Of a stretch of 64,000 nucleotides of DNA, positions 46,420-56,088 are shown one piece after another (position 1 is the first letter of the stretch; the number at the start of each line of letters is the position of its first letter). The translations under genes were made by a program, and so were the position numbers. The notes under the pieces are model-generated. The model saw nothing but the letters and a program-made list of their open reading frames with translations, did not search any database and had not been told where the DNA came from. The DNA lies in IMG/VR virus record IMGVR_UViG_3300035698_006513. One strand, written 5' to 3'. Source of the stretch: a virus.

Positions 46420-46836
46420 GTGACTCGACCTATACTCAAGATACTTATAGTGGATGATAGTCCCGTGGATGCAGATATGGTATGCAAGGCGCTGGATGCT
46501 ATAGATGTTGCAATTAAAACGGTTGTACACAACAGCGGATTATCAGCAATAGAATATCTGAACACAACAGAGGAATTGCCTAATCTGGTGTTACTAGATT
46601 TGCACATGCCTCCGCCGAACGGTATGGAAGTGTTAAGACAAATACGGAAGGATACGAAACTGCAGTCTATACCTGTAATCATGCTCAGTGGAACACACAC
46701 TGACGATGTGATCCGAGATGCCTATGCGCTAAACATAAACGCGTACGTAGTGAAACCTGGTAGTTACCGCGCGTTTATGCGAGTCGTAAAGTGCATAGCT
46801 GACTTCTGGCTATGCACCGATATACGACTCCCTTAA
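46420..46836 (+). CDS. Single-domain response regulator (Rcp1/CheY-like receiver)
   Basis: ILIVDD, LVLLDLHMP, IPVIMLS, AYVVKP; AGGAG SD before GTG 46420. Confidence 0.92.
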   Translation: MTRPILKILIVDDSPVDADMVCKALDAIDVAIKTVVHNSGLSAIEYLNTTEELPNLVLLDLHMPPPNGMEVLRQIRKDTKLQSIPVIMLSGTHTDDVIRDAYALNINAYVVKPGSYRAFMRVVKCIADFWLCTDIRLP

Positions 46837-47369
46837 CTAGCTACTAATGTTACCTCCTCCTTCCGGTACATCCCTACTTTTTTAAGAGACACACCCGAAC
46901 TTATAATCTTGGATACAGTATTGAGGGCCTCCCCCCTAGTTCTTCTCCAAAGCATTCTATCTGTCCCCCCTTTAGGGTGTACGACAAGATAGCTCGCCAT
47001 CTCGGGTACGGAAATACCTTGTACTTCCGCCCTGCGTTTTCTTTCTTCAAACAGCTCATCAGTCAGTGCTGTGCGCACCACGAAATCACCTCCGTACCTG
47101 TCATCCTTTGTGATGATCAGGTGCGCACGCTTCTTCAGATTTGGATTTTCCAGCACTGCTCTATACAGATAGGGGTCATCTCCTAACAGAGGACAATCAT
47201 TTTTGCCCTCTTCCTTTGTAATTTCCGCCACGGATGCCTCCGCAGCCAGGTCTCTGATTTGTTGGTCGGTGATGTCAAACGCACCACATCTGTCTTCAGC
47301 CTTAAGCTGGGACAGTGCATGGGCAGTTACGCCTACAATCATACTAGTATATGCTTGTTCCTTGCACAT
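46833..47369 (-). CDS. Hypothetical protein, weak DUF4258/BECR RNase-like pattern
   Basis: VTAHALSQL..R..IT..I, Y.Y, LII, VVRT; TAGGAG SD. Confidence 0.5.
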   Translation of the reverse strand: MCKEQAYTSMIVGVTAHALSQLKAEDRCGAFDITDQQIRDLAAEASVAEITKEEGKNDCPLLGDDPYLYRAVLENPNLKKRAHLIITKDDRYGGDFVVRTALTDELFEERKRRAEVQGISVPEMASYLVVHPKGGTDRMLWRRTRGEALNTVSKIISSGVSLKKVGMYRKEEVTLVAS

Positions 47370-47491
47370 ATTACTCCTATACTTACCCGTCGGATTCTTA
47401 TACCTATAATTCGTCTATTTCTATTATAAGTGTAATTGTATATATTACACACACACTACGTTCCTATTATATAACATGAAGGAGACTCGAT

Positions 47492-48292
47492 ATGTACTTA
47501 ACCATCCCCAAGGGAATTGATTTTAACACCGAGCACGGCTTCTTGTCACTACTCCCATCCGAAGAAAAGTTGGACATGTGGCAGCTCGTTCAGCGAGAAA
47601 AGATGTTACGGCAGTACCGAAACAGAGAACCGTACGCATGGACAGGTGGACACGATGGCTGCACGGAAGACCATTACTATCGTGCGTACAATATACTCAA
47701 AGACCACGGAAGAGACGGTGTTTTCTGTTGTGGCCTGTCGCTAGAAAATCTGTTCATGTCACACAAAGAGTGGATGGGGCAGGACTTCGAGTCAGACATC
47801 GACCTAACCCTCAAACAGATGAAGGAGATCAAAGCGTATTTCTTTGTATATAGAGACGCGGCACGTACGTATGTAGAAGGTTCGGGTAGAGGTATCGAGT
47901 ATATGGGACGTATGCTAAAACGAAGATGGGATGAAGCCAAGCAAAAAAGTCCATCAGATTATGGCGAGAGTTTCGCTGAGGATGCTGGTCTTGATTTCAA
48001 ATATCACACTGACCCTTATAAGGCGAAGTTCGGAGCATACGTACAAATCCAGAATGAGCCAGATCTACTTAAAGACCCAATGGGGCACGCTGGAGTATTC
48101 GTGGGATTAGAGCAGCGCACCTCAAGTAGTGGGCAACAATACGATGCTATCCGGATATTCCAAGCTCGCGGACAAGCTGACTACGGAATGGAGTCAGGTG
48201 TAAATTTCGGATGGTTCAAGATAGGCAAGACGAGTAAGAACTCTAGATATACGCGTAAATTCCACTTTGGGGAAATTAGCGAAGGAGGATGA
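47492..48292 (+). CDS. Papain-like (NlpC/P60/CHAP-type) hydrolase, candidate endolysin
   Basis: PYAW..FCCGL (Cys), GHAGVF (His), IFQA; AAGGAG SD. Confidence 0.5.
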   Translation: MYLTIPKGIDFNTEHGFLSLLPSEEKLDMWQLVQREKMLRQYRNREPYAWTGGHDGCTEDHYYRAYNILKDHGRDGVFCCGLSLENLFMSHKEWMGQDFESDIDLTLKQMKEIKAYFFVYRDAARTYVEGSGRGIEYMGRMLKRRWDEAKQKSPSDYGESFAEDAGLDFKYHTDPYKAKFGAYVQIQNEPDLLKDPMGHAGVFVGLEQRTSSSGQQYDAIRIFQARGQADYGMESGVNFGWFKIGKTSKNSRYTRKFHFGEISEGG

Positions 48293-48293
48293 T

Positions 48294-48851
48294 ATGAGTA
48301 AGTTTTCTCTCGGAGGACTCATGAACGCTCTTATAGGAGAACCGAGGGACTCTACAGGTAGACATAATAATATGTTCTTCTTATTCGTGCTGGCGTTTCT
48401 TGTTATGATCGTCGCATTTATGGGAGCGATCTTTTATAGGACATCCATATATATCATAGACCTAAGATGTCCCGTAGCTTCCGCAACATCCACCACTACT
48501 ACAAGCAAAAAACCAACAAGATCGGAAAGAAGAAGAACGAGACTAGTAAATAAGGGGTCTAACGCTAGTACACGTAGGTACAAGGTGAGCTGCTCAGACA
48601 AGTCAATCTATATCAATGCTACGCTGCAGCCGCCACCTACGTTACCAGACGCCTTCTGGTATGTCATGCTAGCTGTGTTTATGTTCTTAGGTATCATATA
48701 CGCAGTAGTGAGACACCCCTCCACACAGAAATTTGGAGTCGATATGGTGTACGCGTATAAAGGTGTACCTAGATCTGGTGTAGAATCTGCAAAACAGACC
48801 TCCGGACTGCAACCTCCCCCCACAGAAATACCTCAATCAGATCAACACTAA
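48294..48851 (+). CDS. Two-TM membrane protein (holin/antiholin candidate)
   Basis: TM FFLFVLAFLVMIVAFMGAIF and FWYVMLAVFMFLGIIYAVV; GGAGG SD; coupled to hydrolase gene. Confidence 0.6.
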   Translation: MSKFSLGGLMNALIGEPRDSTGRHNNMFFLFVLAFLVMIVAFMGAIFYRTSIYIIDLRCPVASATSTTTTSKKPTRSERRRTRLVNKGSNASTRRYKVSCSDKSIYINATLQPPPTLPDAFWYVMLAVFMFLGIIYAVVRHPSTQKFGVDMVYAYKGVPRSGVESAKQTSGLQPPPTEIPQSDQH

Positions 48852-48965
48852 AGACGCCATCCACTACCTCAGAACATTTACATTGAAATCTGCACCATAG
48901 TACATTTTACGTCTTTCCTCTTGCGCAAGTATGCGCGTTTATTAACCGACAGGCGGGACAATATC

Positions 48966-50825
48966 ATGCAATATTCGGCACTTACTGGTTCAAGTTTGCT
49001 GTCAGACCTAATCGTGTATCTCAAGTACGGACGTTACTTACCTCATGCCCAAAGGAGAGAGGTATGGGATGAGATATGTGATCGTGGCGGAGACATGCAC
49101 GCAGACCGATGGCCTCATATAGAAGATGACATACGGGAGGCGTTTCAGGCGAAGAAGGAGAAGAAAATTCTATCGTCTATGCGTGCAGCGCAGTTTGCAG
49201 GAGCAGCTGCGGTCAAAAAACCCAATAGACTATATAACTGCGCGTATTTGCCTATGTTGGATGTAAAGGCGTTCAGTGAGTTATTTTACAATCTATTGTG
49301 TGGATGCGGTGTTGGTTACAGTGTGCAGAGTAGGCACATACAACAACTCCCTGCCATAAACGGCACCAGTACCAAAGAATACGCATACATCGTACCAGAC
49401 ACCATTGAGGGTTGGTGTGATTCCTTGCTCTCCCTCATAGAAGCTTATACCTACTGTCTACATAAACCTATATTCGACTTCTCTAAAATACGACCAGAGG
49501 GTTCCCCACTCATAACCAGCGGAGGAAGGGCACCAGGTCCCGATCCGCTTAAACTGGCGCTGCAAAGATGCGAACTTATTCTAAGAGGTGCTAGGGGACG
49601 TAAGCTGAGTTCTCTGGAAGTACACGACATATGTTGCCATGTAGCTGACGCCGTTCATGCGGGTGGAATACGAAGAGCAGCTATGATCGCGTTCTTTGAC
49701 CGTTGTGACACAGCGATGCTTACGTGTAAATCTGACACTTGGTGGGAGGACCACCCACAACGAGGTAGATCAAACAACTCTGCCGTATTTGTACGAGGAG
49801 AAGTTACACAACAAGACTTTATGGACTTCTGGGAAATCGTAGTAAGTAACCAGACAGGTGAGCCTGGAATATTCTGGACTAACGACCCAGATGATCTCGC
49901 CAATCCCTGTGTCGAGATCTCACTACCTGAGTACGGTTTCTGTAACCTAACAACAGTGAATGGTAGTAATTGTGTAGACGAGGCGGACTTTTTTCACCGT
50001 GTGAGAATGGCAGCGAGAATAGGTACACTCCAGGCTGGGTGGACAGCATTTCCCTATCTGAGACCTCAGTGGCAGAAGTCCGCAGAGAAACTTGCGTTAC
50101 TAGGTGTATCCATTACAGGCATCACAGACGGAAACGTGCAACAATACGACTTGAGAAAGGCAGCCCAAATCGTACTAGACGAAAACGCGTACATAGCTGG
50201 TAAACTGGATATGAATCTGGCGCATCGCACCACAACAGTGAAACCAGAAGGCACTGGATCATTAGTGCTTGAGTCAAGCAACGGTGTCCACACACGAGAA
50301 GCGGAGCACTACTTTAAATGTCTGCGTATAGGTAAAAATGAACCTGTATACCCATACCTACTACAGAACCTACCGGATCTTGTTGAGGACCTCGAGTCTG
50401 ACCCACGTAGTATGGCTATTGTACGTATGCCTGTAGCAACCAAAGGTAAACTTACCAAAAGTCAAGAGAATCCACTACAACTACTAGAGAGAGTGAAGGA
50501 TCTACACACCAGATGGGTACGTCCTGGACACAGAGAAGGACTGAACACACATAATATTTCGTGCACAGTTTCCATCAAAGATGGTGAATGGGCTGAAGTA
50601 GGTAAGTGGATGTGGGAAAATAGGGATTCTTATAATGGTTTGGCTACATTCCCTTGGTATGGTGGTACCCACAGACAGTTACCAATAAGCCCTTGTACAG
50701 AAACGGAATATAACAACGCCACAAGACAGCTAAGAAAATTGGACCTCCGCGAGGTAACAGAACTTGAGAACAATGTCAAGTTCGAGGCGGAGTCCGCATG
50801 TGCTGGTGGTATGTGTGAGCTATAG
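48966..50825 (+). CDS. nrdJ: Class II (adenosylcobalamin-dependent) ribonucleotide reductase
   Basis: YNCA, GCGVG, GGIRRAA, NPCVEI, FCNL, TTVKPEGT, C-terminal CAGGMC; no radical subunit gene nearby. Confidence 0.9.
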   Translation: MQYSALTGSSLLSDLIVYLKYGRYLPHAQRREVWDEICDRGGDMHADRWPHIEDDIREAFQAKKEKKILSSMRAAQFAGAAAVKKPNRLYNCAYLPMLDVKAFSELFYNLLCGCGVGYSVQSRHIQQLPAINGTSTKEYAYIVPDTIEGWCDSLLSLIEAYTYCLHKPIFDFSKIRPEGSPLITSGGRAPGPDPLKLALQRCELILRGARGRKLSSLEVHDICCHVADAVHAGGIRRAAMIAFFDRCDTAMLTCKSDTWWEDHPQRGRSNNSAVFVRGEVTQQDFMDFWEIVVSNQTGEPGIFWTNDPDDLANPCVEISLPEYGFCNLTTVNGSNCVDEADFFHRVRMAARIGTLQAGWTAFPYLRPQWQKSAEKLALLGVSITGITDGNVQQYDLRKAAQIVLDENAYIAGKLDMNLAHRTTTVKPEGTGSLVLESSNGVHTREAEHYFKCLRIGKNEPVYPYLLQNLPDLVEDLESDPRSMAIVRMPVATKGKLTKSQENPLQLLERVKDLHTRWVRPGHREGLNTHNISCTVSIKDGEWAEVGKWMWENRDSYNGLATFPWYGGTHRQLPISPCTETEYNNATRQLRKLDLREVTELENNVKFEAESACAGGMCEL

Positions 50826-50975
50826 TGACCGTCATATGCTTATTAGATAGAATTAGCCATTTATATCCCAACTATCGGGTATAAGATAATAGAGAAGCAC
50901 TACACTAATAATCCTTCTCTCTGGCCACAACGTAACATCCAGTTGCTAATGTTACGATATACATGGAGAGCTATC

Positions 50976-51131
50976 ATGCTCAAATGTAATGTATACCTTC
51001 TCAGTGCTGGCCTCGTAACTGGTTTCCTCTGTTCTTCCGAAGAGGAAGGGTGGGGCATCCTGCGAGAACGCTTCGCAGGACAAAGTGCTCAGTTTTGGGC
51101 CGAAGTAGACATCTACTTCGTATCCCAGTAA
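50976..51131 (+). CDS. Small hypothetical protein
   Basis: GGAG SD, downstream of GGTATAAG motif; overlaps an antisense ORF, so ambiguous. Confidence 0.35.
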   Translation: MLKCNVYLLSAGLVTGFLCSSEEEGWGILRERFAGQSAQFWAEVDIYFVSQ

Positions 51132-51158
51132 TTCTGTGTCCATAACGTAACACCCGTC

Positions 51159-51362
51159 TTAGTAGTAGATGATGGGTGTTACATAACCATGATAGGAGTA
51201 TACATCATGGCTAACAAAAACTGTGTCCTTCTCTCCACTACACTTCTCCTCGGCGACGGTCTCATATACACGTCTCTCCACAGTCAGATGGTGGTCTTCT
51301 GCTAGCTTACCAATAAGCTCTCTTACCCTTCCTACTCTTCTCTCAAGTGCCATCGTGCACAT
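51159..51362 (-). CDS. Small hypothetical protein
   Basis: GGGAG SD; overlaps upstream gene. Confidence 0.45.
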   Translation of the reverse strand: MCTMALERRVGRVRELIGKLAEDHHLTVERRVYETVAEEKCSGEKDTVFVSHDVYSYHGYVTPIIYY

Positions 51363-51588
51363 CTACATACTCCCATACCCAATGGTCATCGAGGAAAATT
51401 TCCTCGAACAAACCAATTAGCTCCGCTTGAGTGGTGTCATCTGTGTGTAACTCGATCACGCTGCCCTCAACAATTGCACCAACAAGATAAAACAAATCCG
51501 CTCCAATAACGGAGAATGTCTCAGTGGTGTCCATAAGCGCTTCGTAAAGCTCCTTAATATGTATCAATTTTTCTGCGGATTCGTACAT
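51343..51588 (-). CDS. Small acidic hypothetical protein
   Basis: TAGGAG SD. Confidence 0.55.
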   Translation of the reverse strand: MYESAEKLIHIKELYEALMDTTETFSVIGADLFYLVGAIVEGSVIELHTDDTTQAELIGLFEEIFLDDHWVWEYVDVHDGT

Positions 51589-51666
51589 ACTTACAGTCTC
51601 CTAACAAGAGGTTAACTTTACTAATATAGAGGCAACGATTATGCCCCATATTAGTATAGCAGAGAC

Positions 51667-51690
51667 GGTAGGCGATTTAAATCGCCTACC
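51667..51690. repeat. Perfect 24-bp palindrome GGTAGGCGATTTAAATCGCCTACC
   Basis: Read directly; overlaps stop of 51686 gene. Confidence 0.85.
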
Positions 51691-52411
51691 CATTGTTCGC
51701 CTCTTTCTTGTGTGAAGAGGATTCGCGTAGGATACGTAAAGACTCAACCGCACCGTATTTTAACTTGATGTAGTTAATCTGACTTCTTATCCCCCCAGAG
51801 TTTACGTGTCTCGCTTCTCTCTCAGCCGTATCACGAACATAATCCGCAAGGAGAATAGAGCTAGTCTCCTTGATCGCATCTTCCCACACTTCATTTGCTA
51901 CAGCACCCAGCATCGTACATTCGTCCTGCTCTGACCACACTCTGCGAATAAATGGGTCAATATATCCCAACCCAGACACCAACGGTGCACACTCAGACTT
52001 TGATGAGTAGCGTATACCATCACTAAAAGATACGTATCCAGATGAGTTTGGGTGGTCCACCTGTATGAGTGTAAAAGTCATATCGGGGTAGATACGAGAT
52101 ATGTTATCAAACGCTAATACAGGTACCGTATCTGCAATGAACTCAAAAGAAGTCTCCACTCTACCGTGTGTACATACCGCGATTTGGGCATTACGCACTT
52201 TAATATCATCAGCTACCCCCCACGCCTCCATTCTTGCCTGCGCAAAGTTGGACATAAGGAGGTGTTCCTTACTCATTGGGGACAGGCGAGCGAAAGTAAT
52301 ACCATTCCCCATCACTATTCCCTGTGTGGCCCCCTTGGGAATAGGATTGCTCAAGAATTTTTCTGTGTCTACTGCGGTTCCGTTCGTTCGCACTTGCATA
52401 CGTACAGTCAT
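51686..52411 (-). CDS. Hypothetical protein, weak DUF1281/YubB ferredoxin-like pattern
   Basis: RMEAWGV..F.F....P....SRIYPDMTFTL; AAGGAG SD before ATG 52411. Confidence 0.5.
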   Translation of the reverse strand: MTVRMQVRTNGTAVDTEKFLSNPIPKGATQGIVMGNGITFARLSPMSKEHLLMSNFAQARMEAWGVADDIKVRNAQIAVCTHGRVETSFEFIADTVPVLAFDNISRIYPDMTFTLIQVDHPNSSGYVSFSDGIRYSSKSECAPLVSGLGYIDPFIRRVWSEQDECTMLGAVANEVWEDAIKETSSILLADYVRDTAEREARHVNSGGIRSQINYIKLKYGAVESLRILRESSSHKKEANNG

Positions 52412-52457
52412 TATTTCTCCTTGTAAGTGTACGGTTTGTCTCGACATCTTATGGCAT

Positions 52458-52498
52458 AAAAATAAGCAGAACCGCGTAGAGCGAAGCCCTGCTTATTT
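52458..52498 (-). terminator. Intrinsic terminator-like hairpin
   Basis: AAATAAGCAG/CTGCTTATTT stem with T run on minus strand. Confidence 0.65.
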
Positions 52499-52507
52499 AC
52501 AATGTGC

Positions 52508-54613
52508 CTAGTAGATAATGAGGTCACGAGTGAGGACATGCCGTAAAGACTTTACGGCATTGGGTGGGAGTACCCAACACGACCCGTACTTTTGGATGAG
52601 ACCTTGACTGTGTTCCTTACTTAGCACAATTCCCCAACGTTTGAGCTTGTTTCGTTGCTTCGTGATGGCGTCTCTCCATCTGGGCGCGTTGGAGCTGTCT
52701 ATTATTTCCATCTCAGCCTCTCGCATAAGGCCATTGGAGCAGAGATAATTATGTATCTCTGCTGATAGGGTGTGTTCTGTAAACACGGCTGTACTAGTTA
52801 TGCCTCCTTCCTCATCAGAAGACAGCACATGTATCGTCGTAGCCGCCGTTGGGACAACATACATACCTGTGCTCGCATCATACTGCACAATATTCAGAAT
52901 ACTTCTACACAATATACGTAGCCCGGAACTCCCTTGAGTAGATACAGATTCTCTACCAGAGTCCCCCTTCGTAATATTGTGTAGAAGTGTAGACACACTC
53001 ATATCCACGCCTGCTGGGTCGTAGTCACTCTTTGCCCAATCTCGGTATCCGTAAGTAAGCGCCTCATGAAAGGCGGTAACACCCATTTTAATATTCTCTC
53101 CCATACGCTTACTTACCTCCGCAACATTTGGGAGGTCCTCCATCCGTACAACCAAACCGACGCGCTCGATGTGCATATACGGTATTTCTGCGGACTCTGC
53201 CACCTCCTTCTGGTCACCAGACACACTCCAATCCTCCATGACAAGATGATTGAGTGTTTCGATAGGTATGAATACTTCCCCAAGTTGGTCTAGCAGGATC
53301 GTACGATTCCACCAGGACTTCTCTCTCAACATGGTGACGTTGGGACTGACATGTTCGCGGATACGCGTAACATCCTGCACGAGTTTTTCTTGATGCTGCA
53401 TAAATTCCGCGGATGTATGTAGTGAGTCTGCTACAAACGAGGCCAGTAATCCCAATATAGATCTGATCAAACGAGTATCGACACAGTGGTATCTTGCGCC
53501 GGAGTAAGCCTGTACATGGTGCAGTAACTTACCTGTATATGCGGTGTCCAGAGACACTGTGCTGAATATCCGTTTCAGTTTACTCATAGAGAAAGTGTAA
53601 TCTATTCTGCTCTCTATGAAGGACATTACTAGGGGCTCTAGTGCAATAACTACCCGGTAGCTCATGCCGTCTTTGATGGTGAATACATAGGTTGGGTCAT
53701 CTTTCGCAGAAAACATCCCGTGATGCCCTAAGTATAAGTAGTCAGTGCGTATAGGATGTTTTGCGAATACTTTACCAGAATACTTTCGGTCTGCAATAAT
53801 GTTGTATGTCTCTGCTGGCGCATCTGGTCCCACATGCGGTAGCGCTGTAGATACTACATCGTCAGCTGTAACCACCTTTGGTACAGGTTTGACGTATGGT
53901 GTAACTCCGTGATAGCTACGCCACTTATCGGAACGCTTGCCTCTACTAGTTCTTGTGGTGGGGTATGCGACTTGTGTGGGCGCAAAGTTTATCACGTCGG
54001 TCTCGCTCGCCCCATCCTCCAGCTCATCATAAACGAAACTGGTGGTGGTAGCCCCGCCATCAAGGTTAATCAAACCACAGTCCGTGTCATACTGTTCCGT
54101 GTCATCGTTACGCAAGTTGGCTGCGGTTCTATCCCACCCATCGGCTTTTACTGCCGCTTCTTCTGCTTCGGATTCTTCTCCCGTCAGAAGAGGGTCGCGA
54201 TTCTTGAACTTATGGTACTCCTCCAGCTCCTCTTCTGTGATTGTAGGTAAAGTTTCTTCCTCAACCAGCGGGTGTACCTCTTCTATAAACTCTTCTATAA
54301 CGGTGTCATCTGAACTATCCTTACTTAGGGACAACTCAAGCGCATCAAACACAGCGTGTACAGCTACAGTAAACGCCATCTCAGAGGGAGGTATAGAAGC
54401 CATACCTAGTCGCAGTATCTTCTTTAACCGACGCAGTGTACATATATTCCTTCTCGTACGCAGAAAGTCCCCCTCTACGGTAACATCTGGTAGGAGATTA
54501 TTCACATTCATGAGCTCCTCACGCAAAGCGCTAAGATAGATATGCGTAGTTACCCCTAAAGCGTTAATAGCTGCCAATACAGATTCACGCAGCTGTTTTA
54601 GATTGTCATTCAT
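52508..54613 (-). CDS. Large hypothetical protein with acidic linker and C-terminal Mrr_N-like winged helix
   Basis: PRWRDAITKQRNKLKRWGIV..GSCWVL; GGAG SD before ATG 54613. Confidence 0.55.
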   Translation of the reverse strand: MNDNLKQLRESVLAAINALGVTTHIYLSALREELMNVNNLLPDVTVEGDFLRTRRNICTLRRLKKILRLGMASIPPSEMAFTVAVHAVFDALELSLSKDSSDDTVIEEFIEEVHPLVEEETLPTITEEELEEYHKFKNRDPLLTGEESEAEEAAVKADGWDRTAANLRNDDTEQYDTDCGLINLDGGATTTSFVYDELEDGASETDVINFAPTQVAYPTTRTSRGKRSDKWRSYHGVTPYVKPVPKVVTADDVVSTALPHVGPDAPAETYNIIADRKYSGKVFAKHPIRTDYLYLGHHGMFSAKDDPTYVFTIKDGMSYRVVIALEPLVMSFIESRIDYTFSMSKLKRIFSTVSLDTAYTGKLLHHVQAYSGARYHCVDTRLIRSILGLLASFVADSLHTSAEFMQHQEKLVQDVTRIREHVSPNVTMLREKSWWNRTILLDQLGEVFIPIETLNHLVMEDWSVSGDQKEVAESAEIPYMHIERVGLVVRMEDLPNVAEVSKRMGENIKMGVTAFHEALTYGYRDWAKSDYDPAGVDMSVSTLLHNITKGDSGRESVSTQGSSGLRILCRSILNIVQYDASTGMYVVPTAATTIHVLSSDEEGGITSTAVFTEHTLSAEIHNYLCSNGLMREAEMEIIDSSNAPRWRDAITKQRNKLKRWGIVLSKEHSQGLIQKYGSCWVLPPNAVKSLRHVLTRDLIIY

Positions 54614-54689
54614 AATATACTCCATACAAAAAAACCACATGCTATTCCTAACATGTGGTTCTCACAGTGAAATTTGGGACTTGCTCGTA

Positions 54690-55616
54690 CTACTCGGAGT
54701 GGTGCTTGTCGCACGGACAATCTACTCCGTGGTCATCAGCTTCTTCTATAGAGGCACTCTCTGCCGGAACAGGAAGAGGGACTGTTTCTCCTTCCTCTAA
54801 CATACCGACACCAGACGTGAACAGCGTAGCGAGACATTCAGAGGAGTGATCGTACATCTTCTGTGCCTCTTCATCCAGCACCACACCCTGCTCAATCATA
54901 CGATCCATAGTACCACGAAGAGCCAGCATAGCATCTAGCGCGGATGTGTTCACAGTTGACGCTTCCATTTTATGGCGCATAGCTTTAGCACGAGACTCAG
55001 AGACTCTTTTCCAGTACTCATTGTTCTTTTCGAGTTTGAGGTATGCATCAGAGAGCACTCTAAGCTCTTTCTTCAGGTCTGTTACGATACCGTTGAGAGT
55101 TCGTTTGCGTCTGCGTAACTTAGTTACGTCCTTGTCGTCCTTCTTGATTTCGAGTGCGGCGCTTTCTTCCTGCAGTTTACTGTCCTGCTCTTCAAGCTGA
55201 TCACGCCAGGTTTCCAGCTCATCCTGGTCTTTGAGGCGACCTTCTATCTCCCCGTAACGGGATCGCTCTTCCAAGAGACGGTTATTCTCATCTTGGAGGG
55301 AGGTGATATATTTCTCTTTGCTGTCGGCCATCATGGCCGACATGCGAATGAAGTTAGTGAAATCATCGTGCAAAGTGCAGTAGAGATTGTCCAGATCGCA
55401 CATACGTTGCGACATGCCGCCATAAGCTGCGTCGTATGCATGTTTGTGCGTGCTGAGTTTTGCAGATATTAGCGCTGCTCCTGCACGTTCTACTGTATGA
55501 CGTTCGCACGCTACAAATTCTGGGCAACCTACACACTGCGGGTCTTCCTTATTGAAGCGTACCTTGTATGAGATTTCCGAATTACACTCACGTAGAGATT
55601 TACCAATTCGTTCCAT
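54690..55616 (-). CDS. Coiled-coil protein with N-terminal Cys4 cluster
   Basis: C..CVGC....C; long E/K/R heptads. Confidence 0.65.
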   Translation of the reverse strand: MERIGKSLRECNSEISYKVRFNKEDPQCVGCPEFVACERHTVERAGAALISAKLSTHKHAYDAAYGGMSQRMCDLDNLYCTLHDDFTNFIRMSAMMADSKEKYITSLQDENNRLLEERSRYGEIEGRLKDQDELETWRDQLEEQDSKLQEESAALEIKKDDKDVTKLRRRKRTLNGIVTDLKKELRVLSDAYLKLEKNNEYWKRVSESRAKAMRHKMEASTVNTSALDAMLALRGTMDRMIEQGVVLDEEAQKMYDHSSECLATLFTSGVGMLEEGETVPLPVPAESASIEEADDHGVDCPCDKHHSE

Positions 55617-55617
55617 T

Positions 55618-56088
55618 CTACTTTTCCTTTTGGCCTAGCCAATGTGATATGAGTTTCTTGAAGCTACTTCCAGTATTAGCGTTCATTTTGAACGCAGTTC
55701 CTTCACTCTCTTCTAACACAGACGCCTTCAGTTCTCTGATGAGTTTACCCTCTTCTCCGTCCACCGCCATACAGTGTCCGCGCCAGAATAGGTACGCAAA
55801 TAGTATCCAAACTTCATTGCGCATTAAGGACCCTCCGCGGGCACTAATGAATGATGATAGCGACCCTACCATCTTCAGTTCTTCCTCTCCGACGTTAGGT
55901 AATTGGTTGTCGAAATCTTCTCGTAGAGACTTGAAGGTTTTACCCGAATCCACGAAATTCTCGAAACCTTCAAACGCTTCCAATAAACTTTTAGCTGTGC
56001 CCTCAGTTAGGGATGAGCTTGTAATACTGCTGACTATATTTTGCACTTCTGCAAGTTTCTCTGCTTCAGACCTTCCTTGAAAAAACAT
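55618..56088 (-). CDS. Hypothetical protein
   Basis: GAGGAG SD; operon order. Confidence 0.6.
   Translation of the reverse strand: MFFQGRSEAEKLAEVQNIVSSITSSSLTEGTAKSLLEAFEGFENFVDSGKTFKSLREDFDNQLPNVGEEELKMVGSLSSFISARGGSLMRNEVWILFAYLFWRGHCMAVDGEEGKLIRELKASVLEESEGTAFKMNANTGSSFKKLISHWLGQKEK

Noticed and set aside
50952-51143. Minus-strand 63-aa ORF
   Set aside because: Weak SD and fully overlaps a + strand ORF with a better SD; cannot be fully excluded.
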